The translations under genes and the position numbers were made by a program. The notes under the pieces are model-generated. The model was not told where the DNA came from, ran no database searches, and saw only the letters and a list, made by a program, of their open reading frames with translations. From NCBI GenBank assembly GCA_965601925.1, contig OZ271854.1:1632001-1696000 (forward strand): DNA of 64,000 nucleotides, given 5' to 3'. This DNA comes from Alkalispirochaeta sp. (GTDB lineage Bacteria > Spirochaetota > Spirochaetia > DSM-27196 > Alkalispirochaetaceae). Every line of letters starts with the position of its first letter. Position 1 is the first letter of the stretch. This document shows positions 1 through 8,270 of this stretch, in pieces.

Positions 1-1
1 C

Positions 2-1273
2 AATAGCTCACGCTACAAGATCTATATCATCGATGAAGTCCACATGCTCTCGAACAGTGCTTTCAATGCGCTGTTGAAGACGATCGAAGAGCCGCCGCCT
101 TACATTGTCTTTATTTTCGCCACTACCGAGATCCACAAAGTGCCGGCAACGATTCGCAGTCGTTGCCAACAGTTCAACTTCCGCCTCATTCCCATGGACG
201 ATATCAAGCGTCTGCTACGCGGCGCGACGGAAGAACTCGGGGTGACCGCGGCCGATGAAGCACTCGCTTGGATCGCGAAGGAGGCCACCGGCAGCCTTCG
301 CGATGCGTACACCCTTCTCGACCAAGTGGTGGCCTTCTCCGACGGAAACATCTCCTTGGATGTGATTCACGCCAAGCTCGGGCTTCTCGGCCTCGATCGG
401 TTGAACGCCCTGATGACCGCCGTCGTCGACGCGGACGCTGCCGCTGCCGTCTCCATCGTCGACGATGCGCTGCAGGCCGGCGTCTCAGTGGAGCGATTTA
501 CGATCGACCTGGCCGACTATCTGAGGACGCTTCTGCTGATACACGCCGGCATCGAGCGGGAGGCGGTGCTCGGTATACAACCGAGTCTCATATCGCGCGA
601 GGTACGCGACGCGTACGACCGCCAGCAGCTCGAACTCGCGAACGAGTTGGTACTGCAGCTTTACCGCGATCTTCGCTACTCGGTGAATCAACGGTTCGAC
701 TTGGAGCTCGCCGTGAGCCGCCTTGTTTCGCTGCGGACGCTCAAGACGCCTCACGCATTGGTTCGGGAGATCCGCGCTCTCGCCGACGAGGTTCGTACGT
801 CGTCGGTTACGACGGCCGACGGGAGCGCGACTGCGACGGGCGAAGCGTCGACATCGACACCGGCGGGCGGTGCCGCAGAGTCAGAGGGTGAGGAGAGCAT
901 CGACTTTGACGAGCCGCCGACCGTCGAGGGGATAACCCACGAGCAGGTGACGGCGATTATGGGTCGGTTTCGCACTCAGCGGATTTCGGTCGCGGCGCTT
1001 CTGGCGCGTGCACGGTTGTGGCGTCTCGAGGGCGGGACGCTTCTCGTCGCCTTTGTCGACGACTTCAGCGCTCACGCCCTGGCACCCGATCGAGAGGCCG
1101 TTCAATCCGCCGCGATCGCCGAGTTGGGTCTGGAACACCTAAAAGTAGATATCGAGACACTCGCCGACGTGCCCAGGAACGAGCGTGATACCGCGACTCC
1201 CGGCGCGGCCGATCCCGCTACCGAGATGGTGCGCCGAGTATTTCGCGGCGAAGTCGTGGAGGATCAATCATGA
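2..1273 (+). CDS. dnaX: DNA polymerase III subunit gamma/tau (5'-truncated by window edge)
   Basis: Frame is open from nt 2 (NSSRYKIYIIDEVHMLSNSAFNALLKTIEEPP). It carries Walker B DEVH, the SRC motif (TIRSRCQ) and GSLRDA, and is followed by ybaB-recR. Confidence 0.97.
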   Translation, partial: NSSRYKIYIIDEVHMLSNSAFNALLKTIEEPPPYIVFIFATTEIHKVPATIRSRCQQFNFRLIPMDDIKRLLRGATEELGVTAADEALAWIAKEATGSLRDAYTLLDQVVAFSDGNISLDVIHAKLGLLGLDRLNALMTAVVDADAAAAVSIVDDALQAGVSVERFTIDLADYLRTLLLIHAGIEREAVLGIQPSLISREVRDAYDRQQLELANELVLQLYRDLRYSVNQRFDLELAVSRLVSLRTLKTPHALVREIRALADEVRTSSVTTADGSATATGEASTSTPAGGAAESEGEESIDFDEPPTVEGITHEQVTAIMGRFRTQRISVAALLARARLWRLEGGTLLVAFVDDFSAHALAPDREAVQSAAIAELGLEHLKVDIETLADVPRNERDTATPGAADPATEMVRRVFRGEVVEDQS

Positions 1274-1593
1274 ATCCAATGGATTTGCTAAAAAATATGG
1301 GCCAACTGCAGGAGAAAATGCAGGAGGCGCAGCAAGAGATAAAGGGAGTCACGGTGACCGGCAGTGCCGGCGGCGATATGGTGAAGATCACCATGAACGG
1401 AGAGTTTCACGTCACCGGCGTAGAACTATCGCCGGAGGCCGTCGATCCGTCCGACATCGCGATGTTACAGGATCTCTTTCGCGCCGCCCACAACGATGCG
1501 TCGCGTCGAGTGAGAGAGGAGCTTCAGAAGCGACTCTCCTCTCTTATGGGCGGTATGCCGATTCCTCCGGGACTCTTCGGCGGGACGGTGTAG
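1270..1593 (+). CDS. ybaB: YbaB/EbfC nucleoid-associated protein
   Basis: 107 aa with QLQEKMQEAQ...VTGSAGGDMVKITMNG...MLQDL; ATGA overlap with dnaX; conserved dnaX-ybaB-recR order. Confidence 0.95.
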   Translation: MNPMDLLKNMGQLQEKMQEAQQEIKGVTVTGSAGGDMVKITMNGEFHVTGVELSPEAVDPSDIAMLQDLFRAAHNDASRRVREELQKRLSSLMGGMPIPPGLFGGTV

Positions 1594-1612
1594 GGCGCCG
1601 TCCGGCGGATTC

Positions 1613-2206
1613 ATGAACACGCTCGAGCAGTTAATCCAGGCGATCGCTCGCCTACCGGGTCTCGGAAAAAAGAGCGCCACGCGAATCTCGTACTCGATAT
1701 TGTCCGGCGATCGCGCCGACGCCCAACGGTTGGCCGGGCTTCTTGCGACGCTGCACGACGCCATTCGACGATGCTCGATATGCGGCAGCTACACCGAGAC
1801 CGATCCGTGTCTCATGTGCACCGATTCGGGACGCGACAGAAGTACCATCTGCGTCGTGGAGCAACCGCAGGACGTCACTGCGCTTGAATCGAGTCACGAG
1901 TACCACGGACTCTACCACGTCCTCGGCGGCGTCATTGCGCCGATCGAAGGTATCGGCCCCGGCGAGCTCGCAATCGGCTCTCTGCTCTCGCGTGCGCGAG
2001 AGGGGGAGGTGCGTGAGGTGATCATCGCGACCAATCCAACCGTCGAGGGAGACACCACCGCGCTGTATCTCGCGCGCCAGTTGGAAGAGATGAACATCGC
2101 CGTCACCCGTCTGGCGTTGGGCCTTCCCGTCGGCGGCGATCTGGAGTACGCCGATCGGCTTACCTTGGCGCGCAGCCTCCGGGGACGCACTCACCTCGGC
2201 AGTTGA
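1613..2206 (+). CDS. recR: Recombination mediator RecR
   Basis: LPGLGKKSA HhH motif, C4 zinc finger CSICG...DPCLMC, TOPRIM EVIIATNPTVEGDTTA, and GLPVGGDLEYAD. Confidence 0.97.
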   Translation: MNTLEQLIQAIARLPGLGKKSATRISYSILSGDRADAQRLAGLLATLHDAIRRCSICGSYTETDPCLMCTDSGRDRSTICVVEQPQDVTALESSHEYHGLYHVLGGVIAPIEGIGPGELAIGSLLSRAREGEVREVIIATNPTVEGDTTALYLARQLEEMNIAVTRLALGLPVGGDLEYADRLTLARSLRGRTHLGS

Positions 2207-2270
2207 CGAATCATAAAAAATCTAACCGTCTTTTCATACGGCGTGCCTATAGTAGCTCCAGGGAGCCCCC

Positions 2271-2618
2271 ATGGAATTAGGTACACAGCAGTTAGACAAC
2301 GACGTTGTCGTTATCTCTCCCGACGGAGAGATGGATCTCTACAACGCGTCGGAGTTCAAAAATCTGGCGACCGAGGTGATGTCGGACAATCCCGGCGGCA
2401 TCGTAGTAGATCTCGAAAAACTGGAGTACATAGATTCGAGCGGAATCAGCGCATTGCTCTTCACCTTCACGCAATGCAAGAACCGCGGAATCGGTCTGTG
2501 CTTCGTAAATATCAAAGGAAGCGTTCGCAAGGTCATCGAGTTGACGAGCCTCAGCGGTTTTTTTCCGATTGCCGATAACCTCGCCGATGCGCTTGTCCGC
2601 CTCAAAGCCAATACGTAA
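2271..2618 (+). CDS. STAS-domain anti-sigma-factor antagonist (SpoIIAA/RsbV-like)
   Basis: GEMDLYNA and VDLEKLEYIDSSGISAL with the phosphorylatable DSSG motif; GGAG SD upstream. Confidence 0.9.
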   Translation: MELGTQQLDNDVVVISPDGEMDLYNASEFKNLATEVMSDNPGGIVVDLEKLEYIDSSGISALLFTFTQCKNRGIGLCFVNIKGSVRKVIELTSLSGFFPIADNLADALVRLKANT

Positions 2619-2641
2619 ATGTGTCTACAACAGGAGAAGGC

Positions 2642-3544
2642 ATGACGATATCGACCGAGGATCTCGAACAGAGTATTCAGCTTCTCGCTCTCGAAGGTGA
2701 TATGGATCTGTATAGTGCGACGCAGGTCAAGGAGAAGGTGGTCTCAATTTGGGAGGCCGGCGGTACGCGACTTCTCGTCGACCTGACGAAGCTGAATTAC
2801 GTCGATTCGAGTGGTATCGGAGTTCTCCTATACGTATACACCTCCAGTCAAAAGCGGGGACATACGGTCGTGTTTTGCGGCGCCCACGGATCGGTCGCCA
2901 AGGTTATCGAGTTGACCAAACTCGCCGGGTTCCTACCGCTGGAACAAGATCGCGAGGCGGCGATTGCGCGATTCACCCCCGCCGAGCCGGCCGTCACCGA
3001 GGCGGCGGACGACATACGGCAGTTGATCGTCGACGAGAAGAGCCCGCTATTCGATAAGCGCGGTATGTACTTCAAGGACTTCAATATCGATCTGACGCAC
3101 GTCAGACGCCTGAGCAACCTGATCGCACAACGGGCGCCGGCACATCTGCGGGACATCAATATCCTGGAGCAACAGATCAGCGAGCTCATAAAGAACGCGG
3201 TCAAACACGGCAACGGCAACGATCGGAACAAGAGCGTGAAGATCTGGTTCCAGTTCACCGACGAAACGGCGCGACTCATCATCGAGGATGAAGGCTCCGG
3301 GTTTCAGAACTTGGACCAATGGAACGAGTTCTATCGTCACAAGATCGAATGCTATCGCAGACAAGACTTCGACAAGATGATGGAGTATCTGACCTTTCGG
3401 ACCGAACGCAGCACCGACGACGACGGCGGAAACGCCATGATGGCCGCCGTGGAGTATTGGAACGAGGGTGTCGTGTTCAATCAGGCGCGCAATAGCGTCG
3501 CGGTCATGCGCAGCTTCACCGACGATCACGAAAACGACTTGTAG
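2642..3544 (+). CDS. STAS domain fused to an RsbW-like HATPase (anti-sigma Ser kinase) domain
   Basis: N-terminal STAS (GDMDLYSA, YVDSSGIG); C-terminal N-box SELIKNAVKHGN and G1 box IEDEGSGF. ATG 2642 follows an AGGAG SD (alternative GTG 2621). Confidence 0.8.
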   Translation: MTISTEDLEQSIQLLALEGDMDLYSATQVKEKVVSIWEAGGTRLLVDLTKLNYVDSSGIGVLLYVYTSSQKRGHTVVFCGAHGSVAKVIELTKLAGFLPLEQDREAAIARFTPAEPAVTEAADDIRQLIVDEKSPLFDKRGMYFKDFNIDLTHVRRLSNLIAQRAPAHLRDINILEQQISELIKNAVKHGNGNDRNKSVKIWFQFTDETARLIIEDEGSGFQNLDQWNEFYRHKIECYRRQDFDKMMEYLTFRTERSTDDDGGNAMMAAVEYWNEGVVFNQARNSVAVMRSFTDDHENDL

Positions 3545-3607
3545 AAACCGTTCGGGCGAGGGAGGCGGCTATCTGATCGAGGCGCCGGCCGCGCACCGGT
3601 ATGCGTC

Positions 3608-4828
3608 TTATAATGTAACTTCCTGATCGACGAAACGCATAATGGACCATGTGACGTCGTCCATGAGCGTTCGTTTACCGCGAAACCGATTGAAGTCCTC
3701 GAGCAGCCGGTCGGATATCACCTCGACCGGCATTTGCGCGTGTTCGGAGAATATGGAGGAGATCTGCTTCGTACTGTAGATTTCGCCTCGTATGCTCTCC
3801 TGCTCGATGAGCCCGTCGGTAATGACAAAGAGAATGTCGTCGGCGCGCGGGGTAAACTGATCGACCCGCGGTTCGATATCGGGCACGATTCCGATGGGAA
3901 GATTGTTCTGGTTGGTGTTGATCTTGTGCATCTTCTCTTCGCGAAACATGAAGATGTGGGAATGGCCCATGTCGCAGATTTCGATTCGCCGCGACGCCTC
4001 ATCGTAGTCGAGAAAGACGGCGGTCACGAACTTCTCGGTCTCGAAGGTGCGCACCAGGTAATTATTAAGCTTCTGAATGAACGGCACCATGCCGGCAGCG
4101 AAGTCATAAATGCTCATCATTCCCCACAGCACCGATGTGATAATAGAGGCCGCGACCCCTTTTCCCGATACGTCGCACATCGCGATAATCCAGCGCCCCG
4201 GGGCGTACTCTCTGACGTCGTAAAAGTCTCCTCCGACGCCCTTTGCCGTCCGGGAGGTGGAGACGATCTCCAAACGGCGGCCTACGATGAACTCTCGCTC
4301 CTTCACGATACGCGACTGGAGTTTTCGAGCCAGTGCGATGTCGCTTTGCGTGATTTGAGAGAGATACACCAGCATATCCTGAGACGAGAAGATCCCCGCG
4401 AAGCGCTCCTCAGAGTATGTGAGAAGATAGTAGTCGACACCGGGATTGCGCATGTCTTCGTCTATCTCGTCGGCGACGGTAAACAAGTTGGCATCGCTGG
4501 AGAACATACGCGGCGTTGCCATGATCTCCCGTACCGGATGGTTGCGAAAGACGTCCTGGGCGTAAGGCCGAGCCATGATCGCAAAAAAGTCGCGGCGTAC
4601 GACGATGCCGACGACGCGTTCCTCGTCGTCTACGACGCCGACGGCTTGCAGCTCCTCCTCGGCCCGCATGGCGTCTTGAAGGTCAAAAATACGTTCGTCG
4701 CGATGTACGTAAATGAAGCTCGAAGCGAGCCTGGCGATCGTCTGATTGTTGAGGCGCTTTCGAGGAAGGTGACGGAGTATCCCCGTTGCGCCTTGATCCG
4801 GAGCTATCTCTCGCGCTGGATCGGCCAT
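3608..4828 (-). CDS. CBS-pair + PP2C (SpoIIE/RsbU-type) serine phosphatase
   Basis: PP2C motifs VGGDFY, DVSGKG, TDGLIE and DDVT. N-terminal CBS-like repeats (VGVVDDEERVVGIVVRRD; YLLTYSEERFAGIFSSQD). ATG 4828 is preceded by AAGGAG. Confidence 0.88.
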   Translation of the reverse strand: MADPAREIAPDQGATGILRHLPRKRLNNQTIARLASSFIYVHRDERIFDLQDAMRAEEELQAVGVVDDEERVVGIVVRRDFFAIMARPYAQDVFRNHPVREIMATPRMFSSDANLFTVADEIDEDMRNPGVDYYLLTYSEERFAGIFSSQDMLVYLSQITQSDIALARKLQSRIVKEREFIVGRRLEIVSTSRTAKGVGGDFYDVREYAPGRWIIAMCDVSGKGVAASIITSVLWGMMSIYDFAAGMVPFIQKLNNYLVRTFETEKFVTAVFLDYDEASRRIEICDMGHSHIFMFREEKMHKINTNQNNLPIGIVPDIEPRVDQFTPRADDILFVITDGLIEQESIRGEIYSTKQISSIFSEHAQMPVEVISDRLLEDFNRFRGKRTLMDDVTWSIMRFVDQEVTL

Positions 4829-4899
4829 GTTTTTGGACTCCTTCGCCGGCGAATCCGGCTGAAACACAATGAGATAAATGCGTTAGAATGTCGTTAGAC

Positions 4900-5655
4900 A
4901 TGAAACGTAACGAAAAGACGATTGTGCGACGTATCGCACGCCGCGTGGCGCGACTCGCGATGCTCGCCGTAAGCATGGCGGCCTACGCCCAGCATTCTCC
5001 GGCCGTAGAGTGGGTCGCCGGGCTCGATCGCTCTTTGGAGGCCGCGCGGCGCGACGGACGGCCGGTCGTCGTGCTGGTCACCGCTCGCGTGTGGTGCGAT
5101 CCGTGTTCGTGGCTCGAGGTCAATACGCTGTCGGCTCCGGACGTGCAGCGCGAGTTGGCCGACCATTGGATTGCGGTGCGGATCCTCGACACGGACGCGA
5201 CGTGGCAACGGTGGGAGATCGACCAACTGCCGGCAATCGTCATCCTCGACTCGGACGGTAATGTCTTGGAGCGGCTATCCGGTTCGATCAGCGCGCAAAG
5301 TCTTCTCACGCGTTTGATAGGCGCAAGGGAGAGGACGAGCGGCGCCGTCGGGGACCCCGGCGAGGCGGCGGAACGAACGGGCGACTACGGCGACGATGTG
5401 CGGGGTGCCGTATTTCGTATTGGAGCCGGAACACTCTGGAACGACCGCTCCGGCGCGTGGTACAGCCAGGATGCTGGGCTGCCGCCGCGCCTCGACGAGT
5501 ACGATCGTGACGCGGCCTTTCTCTATTTGCGGGACGAGTCCTCGGCGACGATTCTGGCAATTTCCGTCGACGCGGGTGCGGAGCGAACGCTTTGGCGCTG
5601 GGATCAACAACGGCGCGCGTGGACCGAGGTCGGACCGCTTCGTCGATTGGACTGA
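4900..5655 (+). CDS. Exported thioredoxin-fold protein with C-terminal extension
   Basis: Signal-like N-terminus, then LEAARRDGRPVVVLVTARVWCDPC (WCxxC) and a cis-Pro-like QLPAIVILD. Start uncertain. Confidence 0.7.
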   Translation: MKRNEKTIVRRIARRVARLAMLAVSMAAYAQHSPAVEWVAGLDRSLEAARRDGRPVVVLVTARVWCDPCSWLEVNTLSAPDVQRELADHWIAVRILDTDATWQRWEIDQLPAIVILDSDGNVLERLSGSISAQSLLTRLIGARERTSGAVGDPGEAAERTGDYGDDVRGAVFRIGAGTLWNDRSGAWYSQDAGLPPRLDEYDRDAAFLYLRDESSATILAISVDAGAERTLWRWDQQRRAWTEVGPLRRLD

Positions 5656-5697
5656 CCCGCCTGAGTATACCGAACGTGAAGGTGGTGTACGATGTGC

Positions 5698-6327
5698 CTA
5701 TACGCCGGCGCGCACGTCCGCCGGTGGGGCGGGAGAAAACCGTAACTCGGAAAACCGTACCGTGCAACCCGAACCGACGGGGCTCTGAACCGAGATGCCG
5801 ACACGGAGGCGTTCTCCCGGTTCACCCAGTCTGAGATAGCGGACCATGCGCCACTCCGCCGAATCGGTGCCCGATCGATCCGCCGATGCCCAATGGAGCC
5901 CCCACAACGCGCCCCTGCGCGACAATTTCAGTCTAACGGCACGATCGTCGATGCGTTGACCGTTGGCGTCGTCGCTCGTCCCCTCGGTAACGACGCTCAC
6001 GACCGCCGGGTACCCTAAGTCTGTAGCCTCAAAAGCGAGTTTGATCCAATGATCTTTATCGATCCAGGCGAAGATCGTTCCTGCATCGTAGGTATCGGAG
6101 AAATCGGGTCGGATCGTCGCAATCACCGAGAAGTCGCCCGAGTGTTCGCGATACAGAAACGGTGCGTTTGCAACCGTGTTCCCGTCCTTCGGGTCGTTGA
6201 AAAAATCAGCGCGCCTCGGTGACGTTATCTCTATCTCCGAGCCGCCCTCATCGGCGTTTGTAGTCCTTGCATGGCGCGGAACGAGATCGTCGTGCCACGA
6301 GTCGAAGGGGAATCGGTCGTTCGCTAT
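5698..6327 (-). CDS. DUF1349 family (concanavalin-like beta-sandwich) protein, apparent non-canonical start
   Basis: Motifs DFFNDP...NAPFLY...GDFSV, YDAG, WIKLAFE, VVSVVT.GTSDDAN and VGISVQSP.GSG. The frame is open 67 codons upstream of the track's GTG 6126, with no ATG/GTG/TTG in that stretch. Confidence 0.75.
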   Translation of the reverse strand: MANDRFPFDSWHDDLVPRHARTTNADEGGSEIEITSPRRADFFNDPKDGNTVANAPFLYREHSGDFSVIATIRPDFSDTYDAGTIFAWIDKDHWIKLAFEATDLGYPAVVSVVTEGTSDDANGQRIDDRAVRLKLSRRGALWGLHWASADRSGTDSAEWRMVRYLRLGEPGERLRVGISVQSPVGSGCTVRFSELRFSPAPPADVRAGV

Positions 6328-6671
6328 AAGTCCCTCTCCTCGGCCGCGGCAAGCTCATCGAGGTACTGCTCGAGGTTCCGCTTGGAGGAGCCGTACAGCG
6401 ATGAGAACTCGAACCCGGCTTCCGTCTCCCCCGAATCCAGCTCTTGGGTATGGATCGCGATGGCGTCTGCCTCTATCGTTCGATCTCCTACCTCGAAGAT
6501 GACGTAGATCGTACTACCCGATTCGATGGACTCAAATGTCCGGCATCGAAAACCGGTACGACTAAGGTCCACACCCTCGGTGTGGATCCACCGCTCTTTC
6601 CCAAATTGTATGTCGATCATTTGGTTGATGGACACACGCGTCGCTCTACGGCGTTCTTTCCCCACACTCAC
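6324..6671 (-). CDS. Stand-alone PilZ domain protein (c-di-GMP receptor)
   Basis: ERRRATR (RxxxR) and DLSRTG (DxSxxG) motifs; C-terminal AGFEF. Start chosen among neighbouring GTGs. Confidence 0.82.
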   Translation of the reverse strand: MSVGKERRRATRVSINQMIDIQFGKERWIHTEGVDLSRTGFRCRTFESIESGSTIYVIFEVGDRTIEADAIAIHTQELDSGETEAGFEFSSLYGSSKRNLEQYLDELAAAEERDL

Positions 6672-6737
6672 CACTCTATATTCGAGGTATCTTGCGCTTT
6701 TGACAAGGATTTTGTGACCATGAAAGCAAATGACTCC

Positions 6738-6766
6738 TTGCGCCAAACAGAAAAATCGTCGATACT
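6738..6766 (+). promoter_or_regulatory. Putative sigma70 promoter for the RRM gene
   Basis: TTGCGC-17 nt-GATACT, about 210 nt upstream of the RRM start codon. Confidence 0.35.
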
Positions 6767-6978
6767 ACCCTCGGTACGCCCGTAAACCGATCGGATCGAT
6801 GCGCTGACCCTCTCCAACGGGATTGCAACCCACCGACCGACGATAGACGACGAACCGACAACCAGTATTGTGAAAGGGGTTGATAGCAAGTCCCCGGCGC
6901 TCTCCCGACGCAGTCCAGTCGTGTATTTGTTCCGGAATCCATTCGCTGTTCACCCCGCGATCCAAGGAGGAAGGATCC

Positions 6979-7293
6979 ATGTCCAAGACACTCTATGTGG
7001 GTAATCTCAACTTTCGTACCGAAGAGGAACGACTTCGGGCGGCTTTCGCGGCATACGGCACCGTTACCGACGCGCGTATCGTCGTAGATCGCGACACCGG
7101 TCGCAGCCGTGGGTTCGGCTTTGTCGAGATGGAAGATGACGACGCGGCCGATTCAGCGGTCGAAGGCATGAACGGAGCCGAACTCGATGGTCGACCGTTA
7201 CGTGTCAACGAAGCGCAGCCTCGCGGCGAAGGGGGCAATCGCGGCGGATACGGCGGGGGCCGCAGACGAGACGGGGTCCACGGGGCTTACTGA
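6979..7293 (+). CDS. RRM (RNP-1) RNA-binding protein with Gly/Arg tail
   Basis: RNP2 LYVGNL, RNP1 RGFGFVEM, GRPLRVNEA and a GGNRGGYGGG tail; GGAGG SD at 6966-6970. Confidence 0.95.
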   Translation: MSKTLYVGNLNFRTEEERLRAAFAAYGTVTDARIVVDRDTGRSRGFGFVEMEDDDAADSAVEGMNGAELDGRPLRVNEAQPRGEGGNRGGYGGGRRRDGVHGAY

Positions 7294-7297
7294 ATCG

Positions 7298-7539
7298 GTG
7301 GCGCGAAATAACTACAGCGGTGAAAAACGCCGAAGAGAACGAGAGCGTAAAAAGAAAAAGAGCAAAAACGCCGGGAACGCGCGGAGCGGGCCCGGCTCGC
7401 AACGGATGGTCAGTCGGACGGCGAGACTCCGGATGGAGTTGTTGAAGACTCGTCCTATCTTGAATACTTGAATCCCGGTGGCCCGCAAGATCCTCGATTT
7501 GAAGTTGTCGAAGAGGAAGAAGATACCACTGAAGAGTAG
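7298..7539 (+). CDS. Small basic-then-acidic protein, split by a -1 frameshift at AAAAAGAAAAAG
   Basis: GTG 7298 gives MARNNYSGEKRRRERERKKKK. The -1 frame from 7360 continues EQKRRERAERAR...FEVVEEEEDTTEE* to 7539, abutting the next gene. Confidence 0.6.
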
Positions 7540-7551
7540 GTGGGCTTTTGT

Positions 7552-8139
7552 GTGTCTGACGCTGTTGCGATAGTATCGCTCAATGATTTGGTCGGATCCG
7601 ATGTCGACGGCGTCACGTCGGCATCGTCCGATCGACAGTATCGTGAAGCGGAATCGATCTTCTGGGAAACCGCTTCAACACAATCCTTTGATTCCGAAGA
7701 CAGTCGCAGTGCATTTCTCTGGCGCTATTTCGGGTACTACGCAGTCCGCGCACCGGAGCTCTTTCTCATTGCCGTGGACGGCGGAAAGCGCGTTCTCGGA
7801 TATGTCTGTGCGGTGAGTGACACCCGCTTTCACCGCGAACTCTACGCTATCGCCTCTCATGTTCCGGTGTTCGACGATCTCTACGACGCCTATCCGGCGC
7901 ATCTACACATAAACCTCGGCGAGGCGAGTCGCGGTCGAGGGCTCGGCGGTGTGTTGATACGAAACCTCGAATCGCGGCTTAGACGCCTCGGTGTTACCGG
8001 CCTCCATCTGGTCACGAGCGCCGGCGCGCGCAACGTTCGTTTCTACCGCAAGAACGGTTTTGAACGCGCGGTAGAGCGCCGTCTACCCGGCGGCTCCGAC
8101 CGAGATCCGCCGCTCCTCTTTTTGGGAAAGTCTCTGTAA
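7552..8139 (+). CDS. GNAT family N-acetyltransferase (YPAHLH type)
   Basis: YPAHLHINL followed by the acetyl-CoA motif RGRGLG, GLHL and RFYRKNGF. Confidence 0.85.
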   Translation: MSDAVAIVSLNDLVGSDVDGVTSASSDRQYREAESIFWETASTQSFDSEDSRSAFLWRYFGYYAVRAPELFLIAVDGGKRVLGYVCAVSDTRFHRELYAIASHVPVFDDLYDAYPAHLHINLGEASRGRGLGGVLIRNLESRLRRLGVTGLHLVTSAGARNVRFYRKNGFERAVERRLPGGSDRDPPLLFLGKSL

Positions 8140-8218
8140 GCCACCGTTCGCCTCCTACGCCCGAGATCGGATGCGCCGGCACGTCGCCGGACCCCCTTTC
8201 GGCTCAGCGCGAAATAGT

Positions 8219-8247
8219 TTGACAGGTCCGCCGATGGGTGGTAGGGT
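8219..8247 (+). promoter_or_regulatory. sigma70 promoter of the ROK/sugar ABC operon
   Basis: Perfect TTGACA (8219-8224), 17 nt spacer, TG extended -10, then TAGGGT (8242-8247). Confidence 0.6.
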
Positions 8248-8267
8248 TTTGCAGAAGTTTCAACAAA
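8248..8267 (+). promoter_or_regulatory. Putative ROK-family operator
   Basis: Imperfect palindrome TTTGcaGAAgtTTCaaCAAA directly downstream of the -10 box. Confidence 0.5.
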
Positions 8268-8270
8268 CCT

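Noticed and set aside
2..1273. Programmed gamma/tau frameshift in dnaX
   Set aside because: No A_AAA_AAG or long A-run is visible in the part of dnaX within the window.
3734..4897. 387-aa plus-strand ORF, and the many other long overlapping ORFs in the track
   Set aside because: Antisense or alternate-frame shadows of well-supported genes in GC-rich DNA; no recognisable motifs.
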